Origin: Opitutales bacterium
GTDB lineage: Bacteria > Verrucomicrobiota > Verrucomicrobiia > Opitutales > PNEW01
DNA: 64,000 bases
Reading direction: 5' to 3'
Assembly: GCA_965197745.1 (NCBI GenBank)
Contig: CBDANS010000005.1
Location: 64,001 to 128,000, forward strand
The notes below the pieces were generated by a model, which was not told the origin of the DNA, made no database searches, and saw only the letters and a program-made list of their open reading frames with translations. Shown here piece by piece: positions 49,996 to 61,046 of the stretch. Made by a program: the position numbers and the translations under genes. Position 1 is the stretch's first letter. Every line of letters begins with the position of its first letter.

Positions 49996-50673
49996 ATGAA
50001 GGTAGCTGTTATTCAGTTTCCAGGTTCAAATTGTGATTGGGATGCCTATCACGCGATATCCCGAACGCTGGGACTGAACACAGAAATGGTCTGGCATAAG
50101 GAGACCAGCCTGGGTGATGCAGAGGCAGTTGTCCTGCCGGGTGGATTTACTTTTGGAGATTATCTGCGTTGTGGCGCCATTGCCCGATTTTCACCGATCA
50201 TAAGTGCGCTCACCTCCTTTGCCGATAACGGTGGAATCGTCATAGGTATTTGTAATGGATTTCAGATTCTGTGTGAGGTGGGATTATTACCGGGAGCGCT
50301 TATCCGCAATAACTGTCTGGAATTCCGCTGTATTACCGTAGATCTTGCAGTGGAAAATTCAACGAGTGAATTTAATCGTGAAAAACTGGGTGAGCGAATA
50401 CAACTCCCCATTGCTCACGGGGAAGGCAATTACCGTATTGATCCCGAAGGAATGGGTGAGCTGGAAGCCAACCACCAGATTCTATTTCGATATAGCGAGC
50501 CCTCGAATAATCCTAACGGTTCGATGGGGGATATCGCCGGTATTCGTAATCGAGCGGGTAATATATTTGGAATGATGCCTCATCCCGAACGGGCCGTTGA
50601 ATCCTTTCATCCCTCTCAGGCTGGTATTAATGTTTTGAATGCAATGCTTACGACAAATCTGATGAGTGTCTAA
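49996..50673 (+). CDS. purQ: Phosphoribosylformylglycinamidine synthase glutaminase subunit
   Basis: FPGSNCD, GICNGFQ, AHGEG, MMPHPER. Confidence 0.97.
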   Translation: MKVAVIQFPGSNCDWDAYHAISRTLGLNTEMVWHKETSLGDAEAVVLPGGFTFGDYLRCGAIARFSPIISALTSFADNGGIVIGICNGFQILCEVGLLPGALIRNNCLEFRCITVDLAVENSTSEFNREKLGERIQLPIAHGEGNYRIDPEGMGELEANHQILFRYSEPSNNPNGSMGDIAGIRNRAGNIFGMMPHPERAVESFHPSQAGINVLNAMLTTNLMSV

Positions 50674-50773
50674 GAGCATTAAATATCGGGACTTTGTGAG
50701 AGAAAAATTAATCTGACGGCTATGGCTATTAACTTGAAATCTCCTTTTACACAATTAATTGAAATAATTTACT

Positions 50774-53095
50774 ATGCCTGTTTCGCACACTGTGCTCACT
50801 AACCCCGACCCCGCTCTAAACCTCCTTGTAACCCCTAAGCACGTTGAAGATTTAGGGCTGCTCTCTGAGGAATATGAAAAAATTCTGAGCATCCTCGGGC
50901 GTGAACCCAATTTAACGGAACTGGGTATATTCAGCGTCATGTGGTCAGAGCATTGTTCCTACAAAAATTCCAAGCTTCTTCTGTCCTCTTTTCCCACAGA
51001 AAAATCTGATCAGTCCGCATCTGGACAGGTCCTGATTAAAGCGGGGGAGGAAAATGCCGGGGTAATTGATATTGGCGATGGGTGGGCCATTTCTTTTAAG
51101 ATTGAATCCCATAATCATCCAAGCGCGGTTGAGCCCTTTGAAGGCGCAGCTACTGGGGTGGGAGGAATTATCAGGGATATCTTTACCATGGGCGCCAGAC
51201 CCGTCTTGCTGACGAATTCACTGCGCTTTGGGGAGCTGGATGATTCCAACGTCAAACGTCTCATTCGCGGAGTGGTACAAGGTATTGCGCACTACGGCAA
51301 TTGTATCGGCATACCAACGGTTGGGGGTGATGTCTATTTTGACTCCTGTTATGAAGGAAATCCGCTGGTTAATGCCCTTTGCCTCGGAGTTGTCCGGCAT
51401 GATCAAATTAAACGGGGGAGTGCCACGGGGTCAGGTAACCCGGTGTATTATGTTGGTCCAGCCACCGGTCGTGACGGTCTTGGAGGCGCCAGTTTTGCCT
51501 CGAGAGAACTTACTGAAGAGAGCGCGGCTGACCGACCATCGGTTCAGAAAGGAGATCCTTTTATGGAAAAATTGCTCCTGGAAGCTTGTCTTGAAATGAT
51601 GGAAGTCCCGGGTTTAGTCGTTGGAATACAGGATATGGGTGCTGCCGGGTTAACCTGCTCCAGTTGTGAGACAGCAAGCCGCGGCAACTCCGGTCTGAAA
51701 ATAGATCTTGATCGGGTGCCACAACGGGAGAGTGGAATGAATTCCTATGAAATCTTACTCTCGGAGAGCCAGGAACGTATGCTCGTCATCGCCCAAAAGG
51801 GTCGTGAAGCGGAACTGGAAAAAATATTTAATAAATGGGATTTACCGGCCGTGATCATTGGTGAAGTAACCGAGGGTGAGGATTTAGTATTAATACAAAA
51901 CAGTGATCCAATCGCCATTATCCCCGCCAAATCTCTCGCCGATGATGCCCCGGTATACAAACGGGAATCGAAGGAACCCTTGCATTTGAAAGAAACCCAA
52001 AACTGGGAGGAGAGGGAACTCCCTGACCTCGATAATACTGGCGTGCACAATACATTACGACGATTACTTTCCACTCCCAGCATAGCCAGTAAAAACTGGG
52101 TCTGGCGGCAATACGATCACATGGTGATGACCAGCACGATGGTTATTCCCGGGAGTGATGCCGCTATAGTAAGGTTACGCCTTGATGACGGTCTGGAAAA
52201 ATATATCGCGATTGCTAACGATTGCAACAACCGCTACTGTTACCTGAACCCTTACCGCGGCGGACAGATTGCCATCGCGGAGTGCATTCGCAATCTGGCG
52301 TGCAGTGGAGCGCGCCCGCTTGCCATGACTAACTGCCTTAATTTTGGAAATCCTTATAAGCCGGACGTATTTTATATGTTTAAGGAGTGCGTGCGCGGTC
52401 TGGCCGATGCCTGTTCATTTTTTGATGTGCCGGTAGTTGGTGGCAATGTAAGTCTTTACAACGAAAATCATAAAGGCGCTATCGATCCAACTCCCGTGGT
52501 CTCCATTGCTGGAATTGTTGACGATAAAAAAATGATTAGAACGCAATTTCTCAAGCGTGGAGACGAAGCCCTCCTCCTCCTCGGTGGACACACCCATGAA
52601 ATTGGAGGCAGCTATTATTTAAAGCAAATTCATCAACAAAAGACGGGGGATGCTCCGATGCTTGATCTGGAAGCTGAAAGTCGCTTAAACCATCACCTCT
52701 TATCGTTGATAGCGAAAGACCGGGTAATCGCGGCCCATGATATTTCCGAGGGGGGACTCCTCGTTACCTTATCTGAAATGCTATTTGACCAGAACCGGAC
52801 ATTCGGGGCACAACTCGAAATGGAATGGGGAGCGGAGAATCGTCGTGTTGACGCCCAGTTATTCGGCGAAAGCCAGGGCCGCATAATTATTGCGGTAAAA
52901 CCTGAGGATGTGGATTCAATCCTGGGTATCGCCCGCGATGAGCAAGTCCCAGCTATTCTCCTGGGCCATGCCACTGTGGAACCGTCTTTGAATCTGCGAT
53001 TTCATGGGGTAGAAAACGAAATCGCATGGGACACATCCGATCTGCGCGGTGTCTGGGAAAGCGCGATTCTTAATACCATGAGCGAGGAACAATAA
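50774..53095 (+). CDS. purL: Phosphoribosylformylglycinamidine synthase, small-type PurL
   Basis: [37 protein letters not shown]. Confidence 0.97.
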   Translation: MPVSHTVLTNPDPALNLLVTPKHVEDLGLLSEEYEKILSILGREPNLTELGIFSVMWSEHCSYKNSKLLLSSFPTEKSDQSASGQVLIKAGEENAGVIDIGDGWAISFKIESHNHPSAVEPFEGAATGVGGIIRDIFTMGARPVLLTNSLRFGELDDSNVKRLIRGVVQGIAHYGNCIGIPTVGGDVYFDSCYEGNPLVNALCLGVVRHDQIKRGSATGSGNPVYYVGPATGRDGLGGASFASRELTEESAADRPSVQKGDPFMEKLLLEACLEMMEVPGLVVGIQDMGAAGLTCSSCETASRGNSGLKIDLDRVPQRESGMNSYEILLSESQERMLVIAQKGREAELEKIFNKWDLPAVIIGEVTEGEDLVLIQNSDPIAIIPAKSLADDAPVYKRESKEPLHLKETQNWEERELPDLDNTGVHNTLRRLLSTPSIASKNWVWRQYDHMVMTSTMVIPGSDAAIVRLRLDDGLEKYIAIANDCNNRYCYLNPYRGGQIAIAECIRNLACSGARPLAMTNCLNFGNPYKPDVFYMFKECVRGLADACSFFDVPVVGGNVSLYNENHKGAIDPTPVVSIAGIVDDKKMIRTQFLKRGDEALLLLGGHTHEIGGSYYLKQIHQQKTGDAPMLDLEAESRLNHHLLSLIAKDRVIAAHDISEGGLLVTLSEMLFDQNRTFGAQLEMEWGAENRRVDAQLFGESQGRIIIAVKPEDVDSILGIARDEQVPAILLGHATVEPSLNLRFHGVENEIAWDTSDLRGVWESAILNTMSEEQ

Positions 53096-53110
53096 TTAAA
53101 CGATAATACC

Positions 53111-55054
53111 ATGAGTGAAAATATAAAGCATGAATGCGGTATCGCGCTGGTCAGGCTTCTGAAGCCGCTTCAATACTTTGAGCATAAATACGGGACGCCG
53201 CTCTATGGCTTTAACAAGCTGTTCCTTTTGATGGAAAAGCAGCATAACCGCGGGCAGGACGGGGCCGGAATTGGTGCGGTAAAACTTAATGTCATTCCAG
53301 GGCAGCCCTATATGTTTCGTGAGCGGGAAGAGAATTCCAATTCACTTGATATGATATTTTCCCGTTTGCTGGAACGCTATGATCACCTTGTTCGTGAGAG
53401 TATTATAATTCCAGAATTCCCACAGACGATAAAAGAACACTTTGATTTTGGGGCAGAAGCCCTTATCGGGCACCTCCGCTACGGTACTTCGGGTAGTTAT
53501 AGCATGGAAAGCCTTCATCCCTACATCCGTCGCAGTAACTGGCCGACAAAAAACCTGATGGTGGTCGGCAATTTTACGATGACGAATACTAAAATGCTCA
53601 ATGACAGTCTCATTGAACGGGGACAGCATCCAATTTTTGATACGGATACGCAGACGATCCTCGAGGAGATAGGATTTTATCTTGATGAAGAGCACACAAG
53701 AATTTACCGCGAGATGCGTGATTCCGGAACGGAGGGGAAAGATATCCCCAATATAATAAGTGGGGATCTTGATGTTGCTAAAATATTGAGCCAGGCAGCT
53801 CGACTTTGGGATGGAGGTTATACTATTGCCGGTCTCATCGGCAATGGCGATGCCTTTGTGATGCGTGATCCCCATGGTATTCGCCCCTGTTATTATTTTA
53901 AGAATGAAGAAATAATTGCATTTGCTTCAGAACGGGTGCCGCTGATGACCGTATTTGAGCAATCGGAGGAAGCTATTCATGAAGCCCCGCCCGGGCACGT
54001 TATAGTTATAAAAAGCAATGGAGACAGTTATGAATCTCCCTTTTCTGAACCTAAGAAGAAGCTATCCTGCTCTTTTGAACGCATTTATTTCAGTCGTGGC
54101 AATGATCCTGAAATTTATCTTGAACGCAAAGCATTGGGCGCAGCGCTCAGCGCTCAGATAATGAACGAGATTGATGATGAACTTGAGAACACCGTGTTCA
54201 GTTATATTCCCAACACCGCAGAAACTGCCTATTATGGACTTATGGATGAGCTTCACAATAGACGCAGGCATGAAGTTAGATCAGCTATTTTAGAAGCGAA
54301 AACATTAGAGAATTTAGACGAATCACTGCTCGATAAACTGATAATGAAAAATTGGCCGCGAGGAGAGAAGATCGCTCATAAAGATATAAAATTGCGCACC
54401 TTTATCAGTCAGGAAACGGGAAGAAACCAGTTGGTTTCGCATGTCTATGACGTCACCTACGGGATCGTTAAACCCGATGATAATTTAGTATGTCTGGAAG
54501 ACTCTATTGTGCGAGGGACTACGCTGAAGCAATCGATTATAAAAATATTATCACGAACAAATCCCAAAAAGATTGTCATAGCGTCCACAGCCCCACAGAT
54601 CCGTTATCCAGACTGCTATGGCATCGATATGTCGGAGTTGAGCAAATTTATAGCTTTTCAGGCGACCATTGAACTCCTCAAAGAACAGGGGAAGCATGAT
54701 CTCATCCTTGAAGTCTACCAGGATTGTATACGCCAGGCCAATGAGTCACCGGAAAAAATAAAAAACCACGTCCGGCGTATTTATGAACCCTATACCGCGG
54801 ATGAAATTTCAGGGAAAATCGCAGAGTTGATCAAATCTAAAGACCTTGAGTGGAAGGGCGAGGTCACCGTTATTTTTCAGAAGATTGAAAACCTGCACAA
54901 ATCTATACCCGAACATAAGGGCGACTGGTATTTTACCGGTAATTATCCCACACCGGGTGGCAATTATGTTCTCAACCAGGCCTATATCAATTTTTATGAA
55001 AATAATAGAGGACGCAGTTATGATATCCCGAATAGAGTAAGCGGTAATGAGTAA
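53111..55054 (+). CDS. purF: Amidophosphoribosyltransferase (long form)
   Basis: HECGI catalytic Cys after a propeptide, QHNRGQDGAG, HLRY.T, EDSIVRGTT, YGIDM. Confidence 0.95.
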   Translation: MSENIKHECGIALVRLLKPLQYFEHKYGTPLYGFNKLFLLMEKQHNRGQDGAGIGAVKLNVIPGQPYMFREREENSNSLDMIFSRLLERYDHLVRESIIIPEFPQTIKEHFDFGAEALIGHLRYGTSGSYSMESLHPYIRRSNWPTKNLMVVGNFTMTNTKMLNDSLIERGQHPIFDTDTQTILEEIGFYLDEEHTRIYREMRDSGTEGKDIPNIISGDLDVAKILSQAARLWDGGYTIAGLIGNGDAFVMRDPHGIRPCYYFKNEEIIAFASERVPLMTVFEQSEEAIHEAPPGHVIVIKSNGDSYESPFSEPKKKLSCSFERIYFSRGNDPEIYLERKALGAALSAQIMNEIDDELENTVFSYIPNTAETAYYGLMDELHNRRRHEVRSAILEAKTLENLDESLLDKLIMKNWPRGEKIAHKDIKLRTFISQETGRNQLVSHVYDVTYGIVKPDDNLVCLEDSIVRGTTLKQSIIKILSRTNPKKIVIASTAPQIRYPDCYGIDMSELSKFIAFQATIELLKEQGKHDLILEVYQDCIRQANESPEKIKNHVRRIYEPYTADEISGKIAELIKSKDLEWKGEVTVIFQKIENLHKSIPEHKGDWYFTGNYPTPGGNYVLNQAYINFYENNRGRSYDIPNRVSGNE

Positions 55055-56117
55055 AAAAAAAGCGTACGCCAAAGCAGGCGTGGATATCGATTTAAAAGAC
55101 CGATTGCTGAAATCAGTCAAAAGTGACAGCAAGAGAGCGTCACGACCGGAAGTGCTAGGCGCTGTGGGTGGATTTGGAGGCCTCTTTGATTTATCCAAAT
55201 CGAAATATAAAACCCCGGTCCTCGTTAGCAGTACAGACTCTGTGGGCACGAAACTGAAAGTTGCGTTTATGACCGGTAAACACGAAGGGGTAGGGCATGA
55301 TATCGTCAATCACTGTGTCAATGACATTGCCGTAATGGGTGCAGAACCGCTCTTTTTCCTCGATTACTTTGGGACGGGAAAACTCGAGGAGAATGCTTAT
55401 CTGTCGGTAATGAGAGGGATTGTCAAAGCCTGTAAGGCTGCCAACTGTGCCTTGATCGGGGGTGAAACCTGTGAACTGGCCGGCTTTTACAATAAAGGTG
55501 AATATGATCTAGTTGGGACAATTGTCGGTATCGTGGAGAAGCATCGCATTCTTATCGGAAAGCCTATCCAACCGGGGGACCGGATAATCGGTCTGGCTTC
55601 GAACGGTTTACACACCAATGGTTATACCCTGGCCCGCAAAATTTTTTTTAATAAACTAAGATTAAAGCCCAAGGACTTAATGCCCGGCAGTCGCCAGAGT
55701 GTTGGGTCCGCTCTCTTAAAGCAGCATCTCAACTATGGCGGATTATTATTAGAACTTTATCGGAAATTTAACCGCGCGCTCCATTCAACCCAACGAAAAG
55801 GAAATGCTGTATTAGGAGCCATTCATATAACGGGAGGCGGATTCACTGGAAATATACCCCGAGTACTCCCCTATCATTGTGATGCGGTAGTAAACACAAA
55901 ATCCTGGCCGAGACCGTCCATTTTTAAATCACTGGCAGAATACGGAAATATTAATTACAAGGAATTATTCGAAGTTTTTAATATGGGAATAGGTGTGGCT
56001 TTGGTGGTTGTTCCGGAAGCCGCTGAGATGGTGATAAAGTACTGTCAGCAGAAAAAGCAAAAAGCCTGCTTGATAGGTGAAATCATCACGGGACAGGGTA
56101 AGGTAATTCTCAAATAG
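55047..56117 (+). CDS. purM: Phosphoribosylformylglycinamidine cyclo-ligase (AIR synthase)
   Basis: YAKAGVD, GGFGG, D.VGTK, GGET, SNGLHTNGY, HITGGG, FNMGIG. Confidence 0.97.
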   Translation: MSKKKAYAKAGVDIDLKDRLLKSVKSDSKRASRPEVLGAVGGFGGLFDLSKSKYKTPVLVSSTDSVGTKLKVAFMTGKHEGVGHDIVNHCVNDIAVMGAEPLFFLDYFGTGKLEENAYLSVMRGIVKACKAANCALIGGETCELAGFYNKGEYDLVGTIVGIVEKHRILIGKPIQPGDRIIGLASNGLHTNGYTLARKIFFNKLRLKPKDLMPGSRQSVGSALLKQHLNYGGLLLELYRKFNRALHSTQRKGNAVLGAIHITGGGFTGNIPRVLPYHCDAVVNTKSWPRPSIFKSLAEYGNINYKELFEVFNMGIGVALVVVPEAAEMVIKYCQQKKQKACLIGEIITGQGKVILK

Positions 56118-56257
56118 GATACTCCCAAGTTTTGGTGTTGGATAATGCTCTAAAAGTAGCTTAAATCTTTTCACCGCAATAATATGTGACTGATAAGAGC
56201 CTGATTCAGAGATTTTGTTGACATTGCCAATCGATCTTCACATACCACGATTTCACC

Positions 56258-56854
56258 ATGGAATTTACTTTATCCCAGCGCGTTCTTGTTTTAAACCGGC
56301 TTTGGCAGGCAGTAAATATCGTAGGTGTCAAGCGGGCATTCGCATTACTCTTTCAAGACAACGCTAAGGTAATTCATTCCACCGATGATGATTTCCATGT
56401 TTTAAAGTCTGATGAATGGATTGATTATTCCGTGGCTCACCCGCCAAAGGATGATTGCGAATGTGTAAATACTGTGTATTATAAAATCCGCATTCCCAGT
56501 ATCCTCATTCTGAATTATTACGATCGATTACCTATGAAGGAGGTTAAATTTACCCGTCAAAACCTGTTTGAGCGGGATAAGCATACCTGCCAATATTGCG
56601 GGCGCGGTTTTTCTCATCGCGATTTAAATTTAGATCATGTCATCCCCCGGGATCGTGGCGGTAAAACCAGTTGGGAAAACATCGTTACTTCCTGTCTTCG
56701 TTGTAATACCCGTAAGGGTAATCGGCTTCCACACGAAGCGGGTCTCCGATTAAGAGGAAAGCCTATACGGCCTAAATGGAGACCCTTTATCAGCTTTGTC
56801 ATCGGTCCTGAATTTGACGAGAGCTGGCAGCATTTTCTCAAGGCCACCAATTGA
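56258..56854 (+). CDS. HNH endonuclease (McrA-like, VLVLN N-terminus)
   Basis: RD..TCQYCG, DHVIPR..GG.TSWEN.V..C..CN..KG. Confidence 0.92.
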   Translation: MEFTLSQRVLVLNRLWQAVNIVGVKRAFALLFQDNAKVIHSTDDDFHVLKSDEWIDYSVAHPPKDDCECVNTVYYKIRIPSILILNYYDRLPMKEVKFTRQNLFERDKHTCQYCGRGFSHRDLNLDHVIPRDRGGKTSWENIVTSCLRCNTRKGNRLPHEAGLRLRGKPIRPKWRPFISFVIGPEFDESWQHFLKATN

Positions 56855-56888
56855 CAGGTTATTTTCGCTACTCGATTGATACCTGTTT

Positions 56889-57055
56889 ACGGGGTGTCCT
56901 GAATAGCCTCTATAGAGATGGGGGAGTTGAAAGTGATATTACTATTCCCCGTTATCCCTGCCATGCAACCCGGAACTCATTCGGTGAGATCAATTAAGAG
57001 CGATTCGTTTCCTATAGATGAAGCGAGGCCGGAGTAAGTCTTTTTACCCCAGGGA
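56889..57055. ncRNA. Candidate structured RNA (rod-like, possibly 6S-like); identity unconfirmed
   Basis: Nested pairings GGGGT/ACCCC, GCCTC/GAGGC, CTATAG.GATGG/TTCGTTTCCTATAG, AGTTGA/TCAATT; TTGACA at 56851 upstream. Confidence 0.3.
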
Positions 57056-57176
57056 ATGTTTATCGCTGTTTTTCAGCCACTGAAACTTGAATCTTTTAGG
57101 ATAATGGCGTTAGTTAAGTATGCCTTTGAAGCTTTAGGTTGAATGGTTTAATTTAAACGTTGAAAACGATTTCTCT

Positions 57177-57407
57177 ATGACAAAAAAAACAATGCAGAAC
57201 AAAGGAATCAGCAGAATTGACTCTGGATCCACGCATGGTTGGTTTGTGAGAGGCTATAAAAACAGGAAGACCTATTCAAAACTGTTCAGCGATCTGAAAT
57301 GTGGAGGTAAGCGAAAAGCGCTGCTGCTGGCGCGTCGTTATCGAGATCAGCTGTTAAAGAAAATTGAAAAAATTCCTGTCAAAGTGAAGCGTCGACGATC
57401 GGGTTAA
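57177..57407 (+). CDS. Small basic protein with an AP2-like DNA-binding domain
   Basis: KGISRID....HGW.VR...K.FSD...GGK..AL..A..YRD pattern of bacterial AP2-like domains. Confidence 0.65.
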   Translation: MTKKTMQNKGISRIDSGSTHGWFVRGYKNRKTYSKLFSDLKCGGKRKALLLARRYRDQLLKKIEKIPVKVKRRRSG

Positions 57408-57525
57408 TTGCTCTCGTAATATTTCTTGATACATTCTCCAGCCGCTTATGATAAGGGGTGAAGGAATACTATTTGAAACAGAACAAATCTGTATTGAATG
57501 GGCAGTTTGGTTTTGTTGATGAAAG

Positions 57526-58266
57526 TTATTTGAGTTGAGATGCGGCAGCCATGGCAGCCCCTATAATTCCAGCCTTGTTGCGATATTGAGCGGTTATTAT
57601 GGGGATTTTTATTTTCATATAAGGCATATATTTATCAGGGTTTTCGGCACCTCCCCCTCCAATAATGAAGAGTTTCGGTGAAAACAAGGTATCTAAGTAG
57701 TGAAGGTAGTAATCGAATAATTGGGCCCATTCTTTCCAGGATATATTTTCACGTTCGCGCGAAACGGAAGAAATCGATTTCTCGGCAATTTCACCATTGA
57801 TAATGATCAGGCCAAACTCCGTGTTGGGTAATAAATACCCATCAGTGAATAGTGCCGAGCCTATGCCCGTGCCGATGGTTAAAACAATCACTACGCCTCT
57901 TTGATTCTGACCTGCTCCCATTGTCATTTCTGCAATACCTGCGGCATCGGCATCATTGACAATCCAGGCTGTCTCACCTGTTTTTTCATTAATTTTCTGC
58001 GCCAGGTTAATACCAATCCAGCTTTTATCGAAATTAGTCGCCGTATAGGTTACATTCTGTCTTACCACTCCAGGATATCCACAACCTATAGGTCCTTTCC
58101 ATTGAAAATGATCAGCAATGTCACTGATTATGTCGACGATCGGGGCAGGTTTTAGCGATGAAGGTGTAGGAACAAGATGAGGCTTTTCCAATAATTCACC
58201 CGTATCTGTATTTACGATGGATCCTTTGATCCTCGTCCCGCCAATATCAATTCCCAGCACCTTCAT
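57526..58266 (-). CDS. ppgK: Polyphosphate glucokinase-like ROK kinase
   Basis: GIDIGGT.IK, NDADAAGIAE, GTGIGSA, PNTE.G, AGIIGAA. Confidence 0.82.
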   Translation of the reverse strand: MKVLGIDIGGTRIKGSIVNTDTGELLEKPHLVPTPSSLKPAPIVDIISDIADHFQWKGPIGCGYPGVVRQNVTYTATNFDKSWIGINLAQKINEKTGETAWIVNDADAAGIAEMTMGAGQNQRGVVIVLTIGTGIGSALFTDGYLLPNTEFGLIIINGEIAEKSISSVSRERENISWKEWAQLFDYYLHYLDTLFSPKLFIIGGGGAENPDKYMPYMKIKIPIITAQYRNKAGIIGAAMAAASQLK

Positions 58267-58309
58267 TCAACGCAGACCATCAATAATTATTAAAAGAATA
58301 GAATAACAT

Positions 58310-58996
58310 TCATGACGCAGTATTTTCGTCCCCGTCTGTATTCTTCGGTTTGCCTGTTTCTTTTTTCTTCGATTTTACCGCGGATGCTGCCTTCCGTTTC
58401 AATTCTTCTAACTCAGCAATATGGACGTAAATTTCGCGACTGATCCAGGCGTCTGTCGCCGCGTATTTTATTTGGGTTTCGCTTAATTTTTTGCGGTTCC
58501 AATTAGTAATCTGGGCTCCTTTGGATATCCTGAGCTTTAGGACAATAGCGGCGAGACTACGAAGTCCCGTGTTCACGATGCCCAGATTTTGGGTGATTTC
58601 ACTGATTTCTATAATGCCGGCAGGTTTGAAAGTATCGATCTCATTGAGCTTGCGAATATCATCATGAATAGCGACTCCCGCCTTGATGATGTTTGGATTG
58701 GATAACAATGAGGTAAGAGACTTAAGCCCGTTTAATGCTCTTAATTGAAAAAGATAAACTGTTTTTGCTCCAGCCAGCTGGAGAAGGGCTGGTGAAAAGT
58801 ATTCTCCCTTGCGAAATGTGGGTTTGGTTTCAGTATCCAATCCAAGGATGGTTTCTTTTTTCAATGCAGCAACCGCCGCTTTTGCTTCTTTAGGATCGCT
58901 GATAAATTGGATTGGCCCATTAAAGCGACTTAATGGAAGATGATTAATCGCTTCTTTAGTTATGCTCGTAGGTAAACTGTAATTATTTTTATCCAT
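58310..58996 (-). CDS. 3'-5' exonuclease domain protein (DEDD, WRN/RNase D-like)
   Basis: GLDTET, LLQLA, L...QI.YAATDA; ATG 58996 preferred. Confidence 0.88.
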   Translation of the reverse strand: MDKNNYSLPTSITKEAINHLPLSRFNGPIQFISDPKEAKAAVAALKKETILGLDTETKPTFRKGEYFSPALLQLAGAKTVYLFQLRALNGLKSLTSLLSNPNIIKAGVAIHDDIRKLNEIDTFKPAGIIEISEITQNLGIVNTGLRSLAAIVLKLRISKGAQITNWNRKKLSETQIKYAATDAWISREIYVHIAELEELKRKAASAVKSKKKETGKPKNTDGDENTAS

Positions 58997-59015
58997 CTTG
59001 ACTGCCCATAGATTG

Positions 59016-59999
59016 CTAAATTTCCAGTTCAAGCCCATCATAGGCCAGCGATATCGTGGGTAGAGTGTGATCATTGTTTTCATTGGCCTGTGATTTTCCA
59101 TACATTTCACTATAAGCCCTGGTATTTGTATGAAACACGTCCAGATCCTCGTCACTCGCCGTAGGTTCGCTGTGGAAGAGACAGAGATGTTTTACATTCG
59201 ATCGCATGGCAAGTTCAACGCCAAGAATATTGCTTGAATGACCCCAGTCAGCCTTGTTGAAGGCGGCATCCGACAGTGAATATTGAGCGTCAAAGATGAC
59301 TAAATCGGCATCCTTAAAAAATTCTATGAATCGATAGTCTTCTAGAGAAGCATCCTCTTTGTGCTCGGAGTCTGTCGAGTAGACTACGGATTTACCATTT
59401 TTTGAAAATCGGAAGCCATAAGAAGTCCCCGGATGATTTTGTTCTATAGCAGTTATTTCAAATCCTCCCACACTAAAGGGTTCACAGGGCGACTTAATAT
59501 CAAACTCAATACTGGCAGCCACACTGTCGTAAGGCACTGGAAAAGTCGGCGCCGACATCTGGTATTTAAATACTTCGGGTATGGTCTCGTGATATCCATG
59601 AATAATTATACGGTTGCCCGGTATATATATTGGAGTGAAAAAAGGAAATCCTTGTATATGGTCCCAATGCAGATGGGTAATAAATATATGAAATGTGTTT
59701 CGCTTTCCTGATTTACCACTCTTAACAAATGATTCTGCGAAATCACGGATACCCGTTCCCGCATCTAATAGAATATATTCGCCTAATGGGTTTAACAATT
59801 CTACGCACAATGTATTACAGCCATAGGTGTTGCTTAACGAGAATGGTAATTTTTTTTCTATGAATTCATTTATCTCTCGATCGTTGCTCAGTGACTCTCC
59901 ACGGGCAGATTTGAGGATTTTTATAATTTTTCCTCTTAATTTATGAGAAGTAAATGATGTTGGTAAGGATCCGCGTGTTCCCCAAAAATATATTTTCAT
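59016..59999 (-). CDS. MBL-fold metallo-hydrolase (phosphodiesterase-like)
   Basis: WGTRGS, LDAGTG, THLHWDHIQG, HPG, TD.EH, WGHS. Confidence 0.9.
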   Translation of the reverse strand: MKIYFWGTRGSLPTSFTSHKLRGKIIKILKSARGESLSNDREINEFIEKKLPFSLSNTYGCNTLCVELLNPLGEYILLDAGTGIRDFAESFVKSGKSGKRNTFHIFITHLHWDHIQGFPFFTPIYIPGNRIIIHGYHETIPEVFKYQMSAPTFPVPYDSVAASIEFDIKSPCEPFSVGGFEITAIEQNHPGTSYGFRFSKNGKSVVYSTDSEHKEDASLEDYRFIEFFKDADLVIFDAQYSLSDAAFNKADWGHSSNILGVELAMRSNVKHLCLFHSEPTASDEDLDVFHTNTRAYSEMYGKSQANENNDHTLPTISLAYDGLELEI

Positions 60000-60177
60000 T
60001 TTTGTGACAGATTACATTAAGCCCTTTGATTTGCATAAGCCAATCCTGAATAGATATAGATGCGAGACAAAATATGGTGTTTATTCCACTAAAAAATTAT
60101 TAATAATAGACTCTTATCATTTAAAATTGGCGTTTAAGCATACCTGCAACTGTCAGGGAAGGTATAAAAGCGGCAAA

Positions 60178-60903
60178 TCAATGCTTTTCGATAAAACGCC
60201 CGGGATAATCGGTTGTGAGCATAAATGCCCCAAGAGAAGCCCAGGATTGAGCTTCAAGAGTATTATTCACGGTCCATACTGATAAGAGCAGATTGGATAT
60301 ATTAACCTGATTGATCAATTTTTCATATTTCAGCCAGGCATTTGAGAGACCCAGCCCCGCAGCCCCTGCGGCCTGTGCATCATCAATTTTTCCGGAGAGC
60401 TCGCTAGAGGGATCGGAAATAGGATCTCTGACTAATAGTAGCGATTGAGAAGAGGGATGTTCGTTCATGAGCAGGCGCAGGGTCATGAGATCGAAGCTCA
60501 TCAACCAGATGTTTTTCTCCTGACACGCTGGGGATTCAAACACCGGCTTAATCGCTTGTACCATTTTGATACCGTCTTTAAGCTCTATGAGGAGAATTTT
60601 ATCAGTTGGCTGCCTGGACAATACCTCGTCAAATGTGGGGATTCTTTCACCTTCCCATTTCTTGCCTTTCCATTGTCCGACATCGTACAGGGAGAGCGAA
60701 CTAAGGGTCTGTTCACAAACCGATAGATCGCACCCTGTAATACGTTTCAAATCAGCATCATGAAAGGCGACGGGAATGCCATCAGCACTGAGTCGAAGAT
60801 CGATTTCGACTCCATCAGCATTCAAATCCCAGGCGCGACTAATAGCAGCAAGAGTATTTTCAGGAGCATCCCCAGAAGCACCACGATGAGCGATTATTTT
60901 CAT
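60178..60903 (-). CDS. Glycerophosphodiester phosphodiesterase
   Basis: IAHRGAS..APENT, EID...S.DG, HD, IELK, WTVN, TTDYP. Confidence 0.93.
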   Translation of the reverse strand: MKIIAHRGASGDAPENTLAAISRAWDLNADGVEIDLRLSADGIPVAFHDADLKRITGCDLSVCEQTLSSLSLYDVGQWKGKKWEGERIPTFDEVLSRQPTDKILLIELKDGIKMVQAIKPVFESPACQEKNIWLMSFDLMTLRLLMNEHPSSQSLLLVRDPISDPSSELSGKIDDAQAAGAAGLGLSNAWLKYEKLINQVNISNLLLSVWTVNNTLEAQSWASLGAFMLTTDYPGRFIEKH

Positions 60904-61046
60904 GAATACTTCTTCGACGACTCGTTCACCTATTTGGATATTAACGGTATTCTCTTATTTTCAAATAGAGCCATATGGATTCGAGCATTCACAAAGTTCC
61001 GGATGAACTTAATAGGACATGCCATGATGAGCGTATGATTATCAGA

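Noticed and set aside
56258..56854. IscB/HEARO or Cas9-like nuclease
   Set aside because: Only 198 aa, with no PLMP or RuvC motifs and no IS200/605 ends.
58997..59155. N-terminal extension of the exonuclease
   Set aside because: It overlaps the upstream MBL gene in another frame; family similarity begins near MDKNNY.
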